The notes under the pieces: model-generated | What the model saw: the letters and a program-made list of their open reading frames with translations, nothing else | Database searches by the model: none | What the model was told of the DNA's origin: nothing | Shown: one piece after another, positions 31,996 to 44,387 of the stretch | Layout: each line of letters opens with the position of its first letter | How positions within the stretch are numbered: position 1 is the stretch's first letter | Translations under genes and position numbers: made by a program | Assembly: GCF_023230885.1 (NCBI RefSeq) | Contig: NZ_JALNWM010000001.1 | Coordinates: 1 to 46,164 of the forward strand | Origin: Desulfocurvus sp. | GTDB taxonomy: Bacteria; Desulfobacterota; Desulfovibrionia; Desulfovibrionales; Desulfovibrionaceae | DNA: 46,164 nucleotides | Direction: 5' to 3'

Positions 31996-33186
31996 ATGAG
32001 CACCTTCGACTGGAATGCCCACATGGCCGCCCGGCTGGCCGAGGCCCGCGCCCGCTCCCAGTGGCGCGCCATCCCCCCCGTGGACCGCGGGGCGGACCGC
32101 ACCCTGCTGTGGCAGGGGCGGCGCCTGCTGAACCTGGCCTCCAACAACTATCTCGGGCTGGCCGGGCGCGGCGAGCTGCGCGCGGCCGCCGAGCGCGCCG
32201 CCCAGGAGCTGGGCACCACCTCCGGCGCCTCGCGGCTGGTGACGGGCAACTTCGCGGCCTGCGACGAGCTGGAGCGCCTGACGGCGGAGTTCAAGGGCCA
32301 GGGCGCGGCCCTGGTCCTGGGGTCGGGCTATGTGGCCAACCTGTGCGTCATGACCGTCTTTGCCGACCGTCACACCGTGGTCTTCTCCGACCGCCTGAAC
32401 CACGCCAGCATCGTGGACGGCGTCGCCCTGGCCCGCGCGGCCCATGTGCGCTACCGCCACGGCGACATGGACCACCTGGCCGGGCTGCTGGAGCGCCACG
32501 CCGACGCCCCGCGCAAGATCATCGTCACCGACACCGTGTTCAGCATGGACGGCGACGTGGCCGACCTGGCGCATATCGTGGAGCTGGCCCAGGAGCACGG
32601 GGCCCTGACGGTGGTGGACGAGGCCCACGCCACGGGCGTGCTGGGCGAGGGGCGCGGGCTGGCCCACGAGCTGGGCCTTGCCGACGCCGTGGACGTGCAC
32701 ATGGGCACCTTCTCCAAGGCCCTGGGATCCCACGGGGGCTATGTGGCCGGGCGCGAGGACGTGGTGGCCATGCTGCGCAATTTCGCGCGGCCGTTCATCT
32801 TTTCCACGGCCCTGCCGCCCACGGTGGTTGCCGCCAGCCTGGCGGCCCTGCGGCTGGTGGCCGCCGGGGGCGCCAAGGCCCGCAAGCTCCTCGACTACGC
32901 CGCGGACCTGCGCCATCACCTGGCGGCCCTGGACTTCGCCACCGGGCGCTCGGTGACCCAGATCATCCCCGTGATCCTGGGCGGCAACGAGGCGGCCCTG
33001 GCCGCGCGGGACTTCCTCATGGAGCGCGGGGTGCTGGTTCCGGCCATCCGCCCGCCCTCGGTGCCGGCGGGCACGGCGCGCCTGCGCGTATCCCTGCGGG
33101 CCGACCTCACCGAGGCCGACATGGAGCGCGTCCACACGGCCTTCGAGGAGCTGGCCGTAGCCCGCTCGCGCGGGGCACTGCCGTGA
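31996..33186 (+). CDS. bioF: 8-amino-7-oxononanoate synthase
   Basis: ASNNYLGL, SGASRLVTG, DRLNHASIVDG, FSMDGD, DEAHA, GTFSKALG (PLP lysine), IRPPSVP. Confidence 0.93.
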   Translation: MSTFDWNAHMAARLAEARARSQWRAIPPVDRGADRTLLWQGRRLLNLASNNYLGLAGRGELRAAAERAAQELGTTSGASRLVTGNFAACDELERLTAEFKGQGAALVLGSGYVANLCVMTVFADRHTVVFSDRLNHASIVDGVALARAAHVRYRHGDMDHLAGLLERHADAPRKIIVTDTVFSMDGDVADLAHIVELAQEHGALTVVDEAHATGVLGEGRGLAHELGLADAVDVHMGTFSKALGSHGGYVAGREDVVAMLRNFARPFIFSTALPPTVVAASLAALRLVAAGGAKARKLLDYAADLRHHLAALDFATGRSVTQIIPVILGGNEAALAARDFLMERGVLVPAIRPPSVPAGTARLRVSLRADLTEADMERVHTAFEELAVARSRGALP

Positions 33187-33824
33187 ACCCGGGGGCCTTC
33201 GTCTCCGGCTGGGCCGGATACGCGCCGCTGTTCCCGCGCCTGTCCCGGGTGCTGGACTTCATCGTGCCCTTCGTGGATGCGGACGAGCCGGAGCTCGCAA
33301 GGCGGCTGGGCGCCGGGGGGCGGGTGCTGGTGGCGTGGTCCACGGGGGCGCATATGGTCCTGCGCCTGCGGGCGGAGCTGTTCCCGCGCTTCGAGAAGGT
33401 CGTCCTGGTGGCGCCGTTCGTGGCTTTTTGCGACTACGTCCCGCGCGAGCCGGTGCTGACCATGCGCCAGGCCGTGGCCGCCCAGGGCCCCGGGCGCACG
33501 GTGCGCGCCTTCCACCGCTCCTGCGGCCTGCGCGGGGAGCTGCCCGAGGCGCCCGTGGACCACGGACCGGCCCTGGCCCGGGGGCTGGACTACCTGCTGA
33601 CCTCGCGCGCCCTGCTGGCCGCGGGCGAGGACGGCGCGCGGGTGCGCGTGGTCCACGGCGCGGGCGACCGCGTGCTGCCCCTGGACGCCTCGGCCCACGT
33701 CGCCGGGCTGCTGTCCGGCTCCTGGCGCTCCCTGGTGGACGCCGGGCACCATGTTCCCGAAGACATCCTGCTGGGCATCCTGCATGAAGAAACGGGTTGC
33801 GGCGCGTTTCAGCCGCGCGGCTGA
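33183..33824 (+). CDS. Alpha/beta-hydrolase, putative pimeloyl-ACP methyl ester esterase (BioH/BioG-like)
   Basis: Tail of ORF 32061..33824 from the GTG at 33183 (GTGA overlap with bioF). SGWA, nucleophile elbow AWSTG, HGAGDRVLP, AGHH. Lies between bioF and bioC. Confidence 0.75.
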   Translation: MNPGAFVSGWAGYAPLFPRLSRVLDFIVPFVDADEPELARRLGAGGRVLVAWSTGAHMVLRLRAELFPRFEKVVLVAPFVAFCDYVPREPVLTMRQAVAAQGPGRTVRAFHRSCGLRGELPEAPVDHGPALARGLDYLLTSRALLAAGEDGARVRVVHGAGDRVLPLDASAHVAGLLSGSWRSLVDAGHHVPEDILLGILHEETGCGAFQPRG

Positions 33825-34542
33825 AAGCTACGAGGGCGCGGCCCTGGCCCAGGCCGAGGTGGCCCGGGCCTGCGCGGCGGCGCTGCCCGCCGGGCCCTGC
33901 GGGCTGGCCGTGGAGATCGGCGCCGGGGGCGGGCTGCTCACGGGGCTGGCCCGGGCGCGCTGCGCCTGGAGCGGCTATGTGGGCCTGGACATCGCCCCGG
34001 GCATGCTGGCCCGGCTCGCGCTGCGCGGCCCGCGCGAGGTTGCCCTGGTGGCCGACGGCGAGGCCGCGCCCTTGCGTCCGGGCCGGGCCGACCTGCTGCT
34101 CAGCTCCTCGACCATGCAGTGGTATCGCGACCCGTGGCGATCCATCCCGGCCAACCTGGAGCTTCTGGCCCCGGGCGGGGCCTTCGCCCTGGCGCTGTTC
34201 GTCGAGGGCACCCTGGCCGAGCTGGCGCGCGTCAGCACCGAGACGGGCTTCGGCTCCGTCCTGCCCCTGCGTCCGGGCCGGGAGTATGCGGACATCCTGG
34301 CCCGCACGCCCGGAGTGCGCTTTGACTGGCGCGAGCTGGAAACCGCGCAGACCGCGCCCACGGTGCGCGCGGCCCTGGACGGGCTGCGGCGCACCGGCGC
34401 CACGGCCACCCCGGCCCCCCGCGCCCACGCCCCGGCCCGCTGGCGGGCCTTCGCCCGGCGCTACGCGGAGCTGTTTGCCGTGCCCGGCGGGGTGCGCGTG
34501 AGCTACCGCGCGGTGCTGCTGTGGGGCCGCCGGGAGGGCTAG
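33784..34542 (+). CDS. bioC: Malonyl-ACP O-methyltransferase
   Basis: Start MKKRVAARFSRAAESYEGAALAQ; EIGAGGG, DIAPGML, ADGE, SSSTMQW, GTLAEL. Confidence 0.85.
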   Translation: MKKRVAARFSRAAESYEGAALAQAEVARACAAALPAGPCGLAVEIGAGGGLLTGLARARCAWSGYVGLDIAPGMLARLALRGPREVALVADGEAAPLRPGRADLLLSSSTMQWYRDPWRSIPANLELLAPGGAFALALFVEGTLAELARVSTETGFGSVLPLRPGREYADILARTPGVRFDWRELETAQTAPTVRAALDGLRRTGATATPAPRAHAPARWRAFARRYAELFAVPGGVRVSYRAVLLWGRREG

Positions 34543-34576
34543 GCCCCGGGCGGCCCGCCCGGGCGCGCCCAGACGA

Positions 34577-34609
34577 AACGGCCCGCCGCGCATCGCGCGG
34601 CGGGCCGTT
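34577..34609. terminator. Terminator hairpin between convergent bioC and the SNF2 gene
   Basis: Perfect 15-bp stem AACGGCCCGCCGCGC-ATC-GCGCGGCGGGCCGTT. Confidence 0.7.
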
Positions 34610-34636
34610 CGGCGTTTCCGGCTTCCGTCCGGACCC

Positions 34637-37600
34637 CTAGACTTCGAAGAGCATCTCCAGGTCGTCGCGGGTCAGGGACTTCCAGGAATCCTGCCCGGGG
34701 ATGATGGACTCGGCCACCCCGCGCTTCATGTCCTGGAGCTGGAGGATCTTCTCCTCCACCGTGTTCTGGCAGATCATCTTATAGGAGAAAACCTGGCGCG
34801 TCTGGCCGATGCGGTGGGTGCGGTCCGTGGCCTGGGATTCCACGGCCGGGTTCCACCACGGGTCGTAGTGGATCACATAGTCGGCGCTGGTCAGGTTCAG
34901 GCCCGTGCCGCCCGCCTTGAGCGAGATGAGGAAGATGGGGATGTCCGGGCTCTGGTTGAAGCGGTCCACCTGCTCGAAACGATCCTTGGACGCGCCGTCG
35001 AGGTAGGTGAAGGGGATGTCGCTGATCTGCAGCCAGGAGCGGATGATGTGCAGCATCTGCACGAACTGCGAGAAGACCAGGACCTTGTGGCCCTCTTCGA
35101 TGATGTCCGTGACCATGTCCTTGAAGGCGTCGAACTTGCCCGAGGGCAGGTTGGTGGACACGCCGGGCATGTCGAGCTTGAGCAGGCGCGGGTGGCAGCA
35201 GATCTGGCGCAGCTTGAGCAGCGCGTCGAGGATGGACATCTGGCTCTTGGCCATGCCCTTTTCGTCCACGTCGGCCAGGACCTGTTCCTTGAGCTTTTTC
35301 GCCAGCTTGGCGTAGAGCTCCAGCTGTTCGTCGGCCAGGGCGCAGTACTGCACGTTCTCGATCTTGGGCGGCAGGTCCTTGGCCACCTGGCCCTTGGTGC
35401 GGCGCAGGATGAACGGCTTGACCCGGGTGCGCAGGAACTCCAGGGTCTCCTCGTCGCCGTCCTTGATGGGCTTGACGATGCCGCGCTGGAAGGAGTGCTG
35501 CGAGCCGAGGAAGCCGGGCATCAGGAACTCGAACAGGCTCCACAGCTCGAAAAGATTGTTCTCGATGGGCGTGCCCGAGAGGCACACGCGCAGCCTGGCT
35601 TCGAGCTTGCGCACGCTGCGCGCGGTGATGGTGTTCGGGTTCTTGATGTTCTGGGCTTCGTCCAGGATGATGGAGTTGAACTCGAACTTCTGGAGCTCCT
35701 CCAGGTCGCGGCGCAGCAGGGCGTAGGTGGTCATCACCAGGTGCGATTCGCCGATGTGGTGGAAGAGGTTGTCGCGCCGCGAGCCGTAGATGGTCAGCCG
35801 CGTGAGTTCGGGTACGAACTTTTCGGCCTCGCGCTCCCAGTTGGGCAGCACCGAGGTGGGCACGACGATGAGGTTCGGGCCCTCCATCTTGCGTTCGACC
35901 ATGGACTGGATGAACGACAGGGTCTGGATGGTTTTGCCAAGGCCCATCTCGTCGGCCAGGATGCCGCCGAAGCCGTATTCGCGCAGGAAGTTCAGGAACG
36001 ACAGGCCCTGGGCCTGGTAGGGCCGCAGGCTCGCGTTCAGGCCCTTGGGCGTGTCGATCTGGCGGATGGCCGTGAAGTGGTGGATCTTGGTGCGCAGCTC
36101 CTCCCAGAAGCCGTCCACCCGGGCCTCGGGCAGGTCTTCCAGGATCTTGTCCAGCACCGGGGCCTCGAACTGCTGGAACTCCTTCTTGGGCGGCTTGGCG
36201 GGGTCCAGGCCCATTGCCCGCAGTTTGTGGCCGAGCTTTTCGAGCCACGATTCGGGCAGGCTCGTGTAGGTGCCGTCCTTGAGCTGCACATAGCGCTTGC
36301 CGCTGGTCCAGGCCGCCCAGATGGTGTCCATGTCCACGCGCTGGCCGTCGTAGTCCACGGCCAGCTCGAGGTTGAACCACTTCTGCTCCTCCTCGGTCTG
36401 GACTTCGGCGACGATGGTGGGCGAGGTCAGGCGCACCTTGTAGCGCGAGAGGTTCTTCTCGCCGAACACGCGGTACTTGGCCACCAGGGTCGGGTAGGCG
36501 TCCAGCAGGAAGGTGATGGCCTCCTCGGGCTCCAGGAACCAGTTTTCGTTGTTGCGCGGCTGGAAGTGCATGTCCACGAGCATCTGGGTCAGCTCGCCCT
36601 CGGCGGCCTGATCGCGCAGCAGCAGGTACGACTTGCCGCCGTACTGGTAGCTGCCGGTCTGCAGGTCGGGGTTGGGCCCTGGCAGGGACGCCTCGCCGTG
36701 CTCGGTGTCGTAGATGTTCTGGACGCGCAGGGTCAGCAGGCTGCCCTCCTCGTCGAGGTACAGCTTGGGGCTGTAGGTCGCGGGCACGAAGATGGGCTTC
36801 ATGCGCTCGATGAATTCGTCCTGCCCGTGCAGGTCCGAGGCGGGCAGGCGCGTCCAGACCCGGTCCAGGAACTCGGAGATGTCCTCCTGGGGGATCACCG
36901 GCGGCGACTCGACCATGGACTTGATCAGCTCGGGTTCGAGGCCCGTCTGCACCGGGTAGAAGGTCTGCTTCAGGCAGACCCAAAGCGGCATGCGCCCGTA
37001 GAGGAAGACCTCCTGCCCGCGGATGGAGAAGGGTACTTTGCCCTCGCGCGAGAGCATCACGTCGAAGGCCAGGCCCTCCTCGCCGATGACCGGCGAGAGT
37101 TGCAGGCGCATGGTCTTCAGCTCGATGCGCACGGGCTGCTCGGTGTCCTGCCAGAAGAGGTAGTACTCGTTGCGGATGGCCCGGAAGAACCAGGAGTGCA
37201 GGCCCGAGGGGATCTCCACCCGGTGCCCGGCGTAGTCCAGGTAATGGGCGATCTGGCGGGCCAGGGTCGGCAGCATGGGCGCCATCTCGCACCAGTCGGG
37301 GTTCTCTATGATCTGGGCGAGGGTGACCTCGTTTTGCACGTTGGACAGCCCGGACTTGTTCTGCCGGGCGCGGAAGAAGGCCACCTGGAGCCTGCCGTGC
37401 TCGGGGTAGAAGCGGTAGAGCAGATAGTGCTTGCCCGCCTCGGGGTCCGGCTCGGTGGAGAAGTAGGAGCGGAAGGTCTGGCGCCATTCGGCGTGGGGCC
37501 GGGCGGGCGCGCCCTCGTCCTTGACCTCGAAGGTCTGGTAGAGCTTGAGGGCCGTGGCGGCCACATGGCGGCAGACCCCCGAGAACGAGTCCGGGCAGTT

Positions 37601-37843
37601 GCAGTAGAAGTTCACGGCCCCGGCTGCGAGGTTCAGCCCGAGTTCCGGGCTGTATGCCTGGAAATCGTCGCCCTCGATCTGGCCTTCCACGTCCCAGTAG
37701 CCCTCGCGCTTGTTGAGCGAAAGCTTCTGCACCCCGCCCGCGGCGAGGATGGCGTGAGCGCCCTCGACGATGTATTCGGGAACGGTGAAGTTGATGAATT
37801 CCTGGAGAAGGCTCTCGACGACCTTCTCTTCTCCGCTGTCCAT
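34637..37843 (-). CDS. SWIM zinc finger / SNF2-family helicase
   Basis: SWIM motif CNCPD...CRH; LRPYQ, LADEMGLGKT, LDEAQNIKN, SGTPIEN, LKAGGTGLNL, WWNPAVE, RTHRIGQ. Confidence 0.95.
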   Translation of the reverse strand: MDSGEEKVVESLLQEFINFTVPEYIVEGAHAILAAGGVQKLSLNKREGYWDVEGQIEGDDFQAYSPELGLNLAAGAVNFYCNCPDSFSGVCRHVAATALKLYQTFEVKDEGAPARPHAEWRQTFRSYFSTEPDPEAGKHYLLYRFYPEHGRLQVAFFRARQNKSGLSNVQNEVTLAQIIENPDWCEMAPMLPTLARQIAHYLDYAGHRVEIPSGLHSWFFRAIRNEYYLFWQDTEQPVRIELKTMRLQLSPVIGEEGLAFDVMLSREGKVPFSIRGQEVFLYGRMPLWVCLKQTFYPVQTGLEPELIKSMVESPPVIPQEDISEFLDRVWTRLPASDLHGQDEFIERMKPIFVPATYSPKLYLDEEGSLLTLRVQNIYDTEHGEASLPGPNPDLQTGSYQYGGKSYLLLRDQAAEGELTQMLVDMHFQPRNNENWFLEPEEAITFLLDAYPTLVAKYRVFGEKNLSRYKVRLTSPTIVAEVQTEEEQKWFNLELAVDYDGQRVDMDTIWAAWTSGKRYVQLKDGTYTSLPESWLEKLGHKLRAMGLDPAKPPKKEFQQFEAPVLDKILEDLPEARVDGFWEELRTKIHHFTAIRQIDTPKGLNASLRPYQAQGLSFLNFLREYGFGGILADEMGLGKTIQTLSFIQSMVERKMEGPNLIVVPTSVLPNWEREAEKFVPELTRLTIYGSRRDNLFHHIGESHLVMTTYALLRRDLEELQKFEFNSIILDEAQNIKNPNTITARSVRKLEARLRVCLSGTPIENNLFELWSLFEFLMPGFLGSQHSFQRGIVKPIKDGDEETLEFLRTRVKPFILRRTKGQVAKDLPPKIENVQYCALADEQLELYAKLAKKLKEQVLADVDEKGMAKSQMSILDALLKLRQICCHPRLLKLDMPGVSTNLPSGKFDAFKDMVTDIIEEGHKVLVFSQFVQMLHIIRSWLQISDIPFTYLDGASKDRFEQVDRFNQSPDIPIFLISLKAGGTGLNLTSADYVIHYDPWWNPAVESQATDRTHRIGQTRQVFSYKMICQNTVEEKILQLQDMKRGVAESIIPGQDSWKSLTRDDLEMLFEV

Positions 37844-38070
37844 TTACCTTGGCCTCGTGTGCGCACCCGGTCGGGCTTCCGGTGGGCTGTTCTGATTCGT
37901 GGTCGGGGTTTTCACCCCTGCCCGGGTTGGTACCAAAATTTGCGGGCTTGGCAAGAGCCCCTTGGCTTTTCAGGCGCCGTGGTCCATACTCGCAGGTCCC
38001 GGCAACAGGTTGCTGCCGGGGGGCGGATGTATGTATCACACTTCACAATAAAGGCAAGGCCGGAAATCCC

Positions 38071-39729
38071 ATGCCTCACACTCGTTTATTTATTTGCTTT
38101 TTCCTCGTGTCGTGCCTGCTTGTGGGCGCCTGCGATTCCGGCCCCGGGGGCGGCGGGCAGTCCGGCGCCACGCCCCGGGGGGCAGAGGCGCTCCCCGCCG
38201 CGCCCGAGGACGGCGGAACCTACGTCACCGCCACCATCGGCGAGCCCTCGAACCTCATCCCCCCCCTGGCGTCGGATTCGGCCTCCTTCGAGGTCTCCAG
38301 CCTGCTTTACGTTTCGCTGCTCAGGTACAACAAGAACCTGGAGATCGAGCCCCGGGCGGCCAAGTCCTACGAGGTGCTGGACGGGGGGCGGCTGCTGCGC
38401 TTCGAGCTGCGCCCCGGCATCCTGTGGAACGATGGCCGGGAGCTGACCGCCGAGGACGTGGAGTTCACCTACAAGCTGTACATCGACCCCGACGTTCCCA
38501 CGGCCTATGCGGAGAACTACAAGCTTGTCAAGGAGTTCAAGGTCACGGGCCGCTACACCTTCGAGGTGCGCTACGACAAGCCCCTGGCCCGGGCCCTGAC
38601 CTCGTGGATGCTGAGCATCCTGCCCAGGCATGTGCTTGAGGGCCAGAACCTTCTGGACACCCCCTTCGCGCGCGCCCCCGTGGGGGCCGGGCCCTACCGG
38701 CTGGCGGAGTGGATTCCGGGCAGCCGCCTGGTGCTTACGGCCAACCCCGACTACTTCGAGGGCCGCCCGCATTTCGACCGCGTGATCTACCGCATCATCC
38801 CCGACCAGGCGACCATGTTCATGGAGCTCAAGGCCCGCAACCTGGACCTCATGGACCTGACCCCGCAGCAGTACCGTTTCCAGACCACCGGGCCGGACTG
38901 GGACGCGGATTTCCGCAAGTACGAGTACCTGTCCTTCGGCTATACCTATGTGGGCTACAACCTGGCCAACCCCATGTTCGCCGACGTGCGCGTGCGCCGC
39001 GCCTTCGCCCACGCCATCGACAAGCAGGCCATCGTCAAGGGCGTGCTGCTGGGCCTGGGCCAGCCGACCGTCGGCCCCTACAAGCCCGGCACCTGGGTCT
39101 ACAACGAGGCCATCCGCGACTACGCCTTCGACCCCGAGGCCGCGCGGGCGCTGCTGGCCGAGGCCGGCTGGACCGACAGCGACGGCGACGGCACCCTGGA
39201 CAAGGACGGGCGGCCCTTCGAGTTCACCCTGATGACCAACCAGGGCAACGAGTCGCGCATCAAGGCCGCCACCATCGTCCAGGCCAACCTGGGCGCCGTG
39301 GGCGTGCGCGTGAAGATCCGCACCGTGGAGTGGTCGGCCTTCATCAAGGAGTTCATCGACACCGGGCGCTTCGAGGCCCTGGTCATGGGCTGGAACATCA
39401 TCATCGACCCCGACCTGTACAACGTCTGGCATTCCTCCAAGGCCGTGCCCGGCGGGCTGAACTTCGTGGGCTACAAGAACCCCGAGCTGGACGCCCTGCT
39501 GGACAAGGGCCGCCACCTGCTGGGCCAGGACGAGCGCAAGGCGGTCTACGACGAGGTGCAGCGCATCCTGCACGAGGACCAGCCCTACACCTTCCTGTAC
39601 TGTCCCCTGGCCCTGCCCGTGGTGGCCGGGCGCATCCAGGGCATCGAGCCCGCCCCGGCGGGCATTTCCCACAATTTCGAGCAGTGGTGGATCCCCAAGG
39701 CGCTTCAGCGCTCCACCATGCGGCAATAG
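38071..39729 (+). CDS. Peptide/nickel ABC transporter substrate-binding lipoprotein (SBP family 5, AppA-like)
   Basis: Start MPHTRLF with lipobox VGAC; LRPGILWNDGRELTAEDVEFT, VGAGPY, VRRAFAHAID. Confidence 0.92.
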   Translation: MPHTRLFICFFLVSCLLVGACDSGPGGGGQSGATPRGAEALPAAPEDGGTYVTATIGEPSNLIPPLASDSASFEVSSLLYVSLLRYNKNLEIEPRAAKSYEVLDGGRLLRFELRPGILWNDGRELTAEDVEFTYKLYIDPDVPTAYAENYKLVKEFKVTGRYTFEVRYDKPLARALTSWMLSILPRHVLEGQNLLDTPFARAPVGAGPYRLAEWIPGSRLVLTANPDYFEGRPHFDRVIYRIIPDQATMFMELKARNLDLMDLTPQQYRFQTTGPDWDADFRKYEYLSFGYTYVGYNLANPMFADVRVRRAFAHAIDKQAIVKGVLLGLGQPTVGPYKPGTWVYNEAIRDYAFDPEAARALLAEAGWTDSDGDGTLDKDGRPFEFTLMTNQGNESRIKAATIVQANLGAVGVRVKIRTVEWSAFIKEFIDTGRFEALVMGWNIIIDPDLYNVWHSSKAVPGGLNFVGYKNPELDALLDKGRHLLGQDERKAVYDEVQRILHEDQPYTFLYCPLALPVVAGRIQGIEPAPAGISHNFEQWWIPKALQRSTMRQ

Positions 39730-39739
39730 GGCGGCGCGC

Positions 39740-41935
<2,196 letters not shown>

Positions 41936-41993
41936 GGGCGGGGCGGGCGGCGGTCCGCCCCGGGCCGCGGGCAGGGCCGACCTGCGCCCGCAC

Positions 41994-42035
41994 GAAGCAA
42001 AAGCCGGTTCGCGGATGCGAACCGGCTTTTGCTTC
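41994..42035. terminator. Bidirectional rho-independent terminator between rel and gntR
   Basis: Perfect 19-bp inverted repeat GAAGCAAAAGCCGGTTCGC-GGAT-GCGAACCGGCTTTTGCTTC. Confidence 0.85.
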
Positions 42036-42061
42036 GGCCCCGGGCGCCCCGGGCGCCCTGG

Positions 42062-42748
42062 TCAGCCCTGGGCGGCGGCCTGCGGGGTTGCCTGGTCCGT
42101 GCCCCAGCGGGCCATGCGGCGGCCCGATTCCCTGTAGTGGTCGCGGATGGCGTGTTCGATGTGCGCGGGGTCGCGGGTGAGCAGGGCGTCGAGCACGGCG
42201 CTGTGGCGTTCGAGCACCTCCCGGGGCGTGAAGGCCGTGCGCCAGTGGCGGAAGAGCAGGAACTTGGACAAGCCCTGGCAGGAGCGGCGCGACAGCTCCA
42301 CCAGCAGGTCGTTGTCCGTGCGCGAGAAGATGATGCCGTGAAAGGCCGTGTCCAGCTCGGCCAGGCGGTCCATGTCGCCGCCCTCGGCCACGGTCCGGGC
42401 CATGTCGTCCACCAGGGCGCGCAAGCGGGTGAAGTCGTCGTCGCTGAAGAGGTGGATGGTCGAGGCGGCGGCGGCGCCTTCGAGCACGCCGCCGGTGAAG
42501 TAGCTGTTGCGGATCTCCCGGGAGGTCAGGGCGGCGATGAACTTGCCGCGCTGGGGTATGGAGACCACCAGCCCCTCCTGGACCAGCAGTTGCAACGCCT
42601 CGCGGATGGGGGCGCGGCTGATGGACAGGCGCGAGGCCAGGAGCACCTCGTTGAGCTTGTCGCCCGGGGCGAATTCGCCCGCGAGGATGCGTTCCTTGAT
42701 GTATTCCGTGATCTGGTCGCAGTAGGTCCGCTTGGTGATGCCCTGCAT
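42062..42748 (-). CDS. GntR family (FCD domain) transcriptional regulator
   Basis: PGDKLNE...ISRAPIREAL wHTH; FCD signatures DTAFH, N and H. Confidence 0.93.
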   Translation of the reverse strand: MQGITKRTYCDQITEYIKERILAGEFAPGDKLNEVLLASRLSISRAPIREALQLLVQEGLVVSIPQRGKFIAALTSREIRNSYFTGGVLEGAAAASTIHLFSDDDFTRLRALVDDMARTVAEGGDMDRLAELDTAFHGIIFSRTDNDLLVELSRRSCQGLSKFLLFRHWRTAFTPREVLERHSAVLDALLTRDPAHIEHAIRDHYRESGRRMARWGTDQATPQAAAQG

Positions 42749-42858
42749 AGGCCCCTCTGTTGAAGTTTCCCGTGCTGATATATTCCCGGGGAAGGCTGGT
42801 CAAGAGCCGCCGGGGTCCCGCGGCCCGTGCGCGGGGGCGGGGGCGGGAGCGGGAGCGG

Positions 42859-42894
42859 CGCAAAGGGGCCGGGATGACTCCCGGCCCCTTTGCG
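42859..42894. terminator. Terminator hairpin after the NhaC-family gene
   Basis: Perfect stem CGCAAAGGGGCCGGGA-TGAC-TCCCGGCCCCTTTGCG. Confidence 0.7.
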
Positions 42895-42919
42895 TTGCTT
42901 CGTTGTTTTTGCTTGTGGG

Positions 42920-44320
42920 CTATTCGGCTTCGGCCACGGCCTGGTCGTTGCCGCCGAACTTGCGGTTCCAGCCGGTGACGGCGGAGAAGAGCAGCACGGC
43001 GAGCAGGGTCCAGGAGTAGGGGTTGTACAGGGCGGCGCTGATGGGGGGCGCGGCGATGCCGTATGCCTCGGAGGCGGTGACCAGGGCGGCGTACCACGCG
43101 GCGACCACGATGTGCCAGGGCAGGGTGAAGAACACGGTGCACACGGCGCAGTCCATGAGGTTGGCGCGGCGGGCGGGGGCGAGGTCGAACTTCTCGCCCA
43201 CGGGGCGCACCAGCGAGGGGCCCACCAGCAGCTCGGCCGGTGCGTTGGCCGAGATGGGGATGGAGGCCAGGATGGTCACGCCGACGATGAACAGCTCGGC
43301 CTGGCGCACGGTGCCGATGATGGCCTTCTCGGCGGCGGCCAGGATGCGCTTCATGATGCCGCTTTCCACCAGGATCTGGGTCACGGCCAGGATGAGGATG
43401 GCGAAGATGATGGCGCCGACGACGCCGTTGATGCCGTCCTGGATGATGCCGGTGGAGATGCCGCGCTTTTCGGGGATGCTGAAGATGGCGGCCAGGGTGG
43501 TGTGTCCGGTGAGCATGCCGACGACGGCGGCCGCGACGTTACCGTAGATGAGCGATTCGATGATGTGGCGCCCGGAGAGGGCCGAGACCACGACCACCAC
43601 CAGGGCCAGGAGCATGAAGGCGCCGGTGGGGTCCATGCGGGCCTGGATTTCCGGCAGGGGGCGCAGCTCGCCGCCGCCGCCGAAGACCAGGAAGATCACC
43701 GCCGCCAGGGTCGCCGCCGTGATAGCCAGGGGGAAGCGGCTGCGGACCACGTCCTTCATGGTCGCGCCCTGGGTGAAGGCAGAGACGATGGTGGTGTCGG
43801 ACACGGGGGCGAGGTTGTCGCCGAAGGCCGCGCCCGAGAGGATGGCCAGGCCGAGCATGGCCGGGTCCGCCCCGAGGAAATATCCGGCGGGATAGAGCAC
43901 CGGGGTCAGGGCGATGCATGTGCCGGTGCTGGTGCCGGTGCCCAGGGCGAAGAGCATGGCGGCGATGAAGACCATGACGGTGAAGACGGATTCCTGGGCG
44001 CCGGTGACCATGCCCATCCACAGCAGGCCGTCCACCAGCCCTCCGGCGACCATGAGCTTGCCGAAGACGCCGGCGAAGAGCCAGGCGGTGACGATGACGA
44101 TGCCGGTGCGGTCACCGATGCCGCGCATGGCGGCCTTGCAGTACTCGGCCTTGTTCCTGGCGAAGAACAGGCCCACGACGATGGCGATCCAGGCGCAGGC
44201 CCAGAAAGGCTTTGTTCCACCGCGCTCGGCCACGGAGAGCCAGACCAGGCCTCCGACGAGAACGAACAGGGGGACGAGGCCGCCGAGGATTCCGCCGTGC
44301 ATTTCCAGACGCTTTTCCAT
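42920..44320 (-). CDS. NhaC family transporter (probably amino-acid uptake)
   Basis: Multiple TM segments; GTGTSTGT and SGAAFGDNLAPVSDTTI are NhaC-family motifs. Confidence 0.88.
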   Translation of the reverse strand: MEKRLEMHGGILGGLVPLFVLVGGLVWLSVAERGGTKPFWACAWIAIVVGLFFARNKAEYCKAAMRGIGDRTGIVIVTAWLFAGVFGKLMVAGGLVDGLLWMGMVTGAQESVFTVMVFIAAMLFALGTGTSTGTCIALTPVLYPAGYFLGADPAMLGLAILSGAAFGDNLAPVSDTTIVSAFTQGATMKDVVRSRFPLAITAATLAAVIFLVFGGGGELRPLPEIQARMDPTGAFMLLALVVVVVSALSGRHIIESLIYGNVAAAVVGMLTGHTTLAAIFSIPEKRGISTGIIQDGINGVVGAIIFAILILAVTQILVESGIMKRILAAAEKAIIGTVRQAELFIVGVTILASIPISANAPAELLVGPSLVRPVGEKFDLAPARRANLMDCAVCTVFFTLPWHIVVAAWYAALVTASEAYGIAAPPISAALYNPYSWTLLAVLLFSAVTGWNRKFGGNDQAVAEAE

Positions 44321-44387
44321 GGTGCAGACTCCTTCCGATGATGTTCGGGTGGCGGGCGCCGCATGCGGAGGCGGCGCCCGTTGCGGC

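Noticed and set aside
31980..31996. Small hairpin TAGGCGG-ACA-CCTCCTA occluding the bioF RBS
   Set aside because: Only 6 bp with a mismatch, which is too weak to call as regulation.
38031..38048. Rex-like half-site TTCACAA
   Set aside because: The left arm matches poorly, so there is no convincing dyad.
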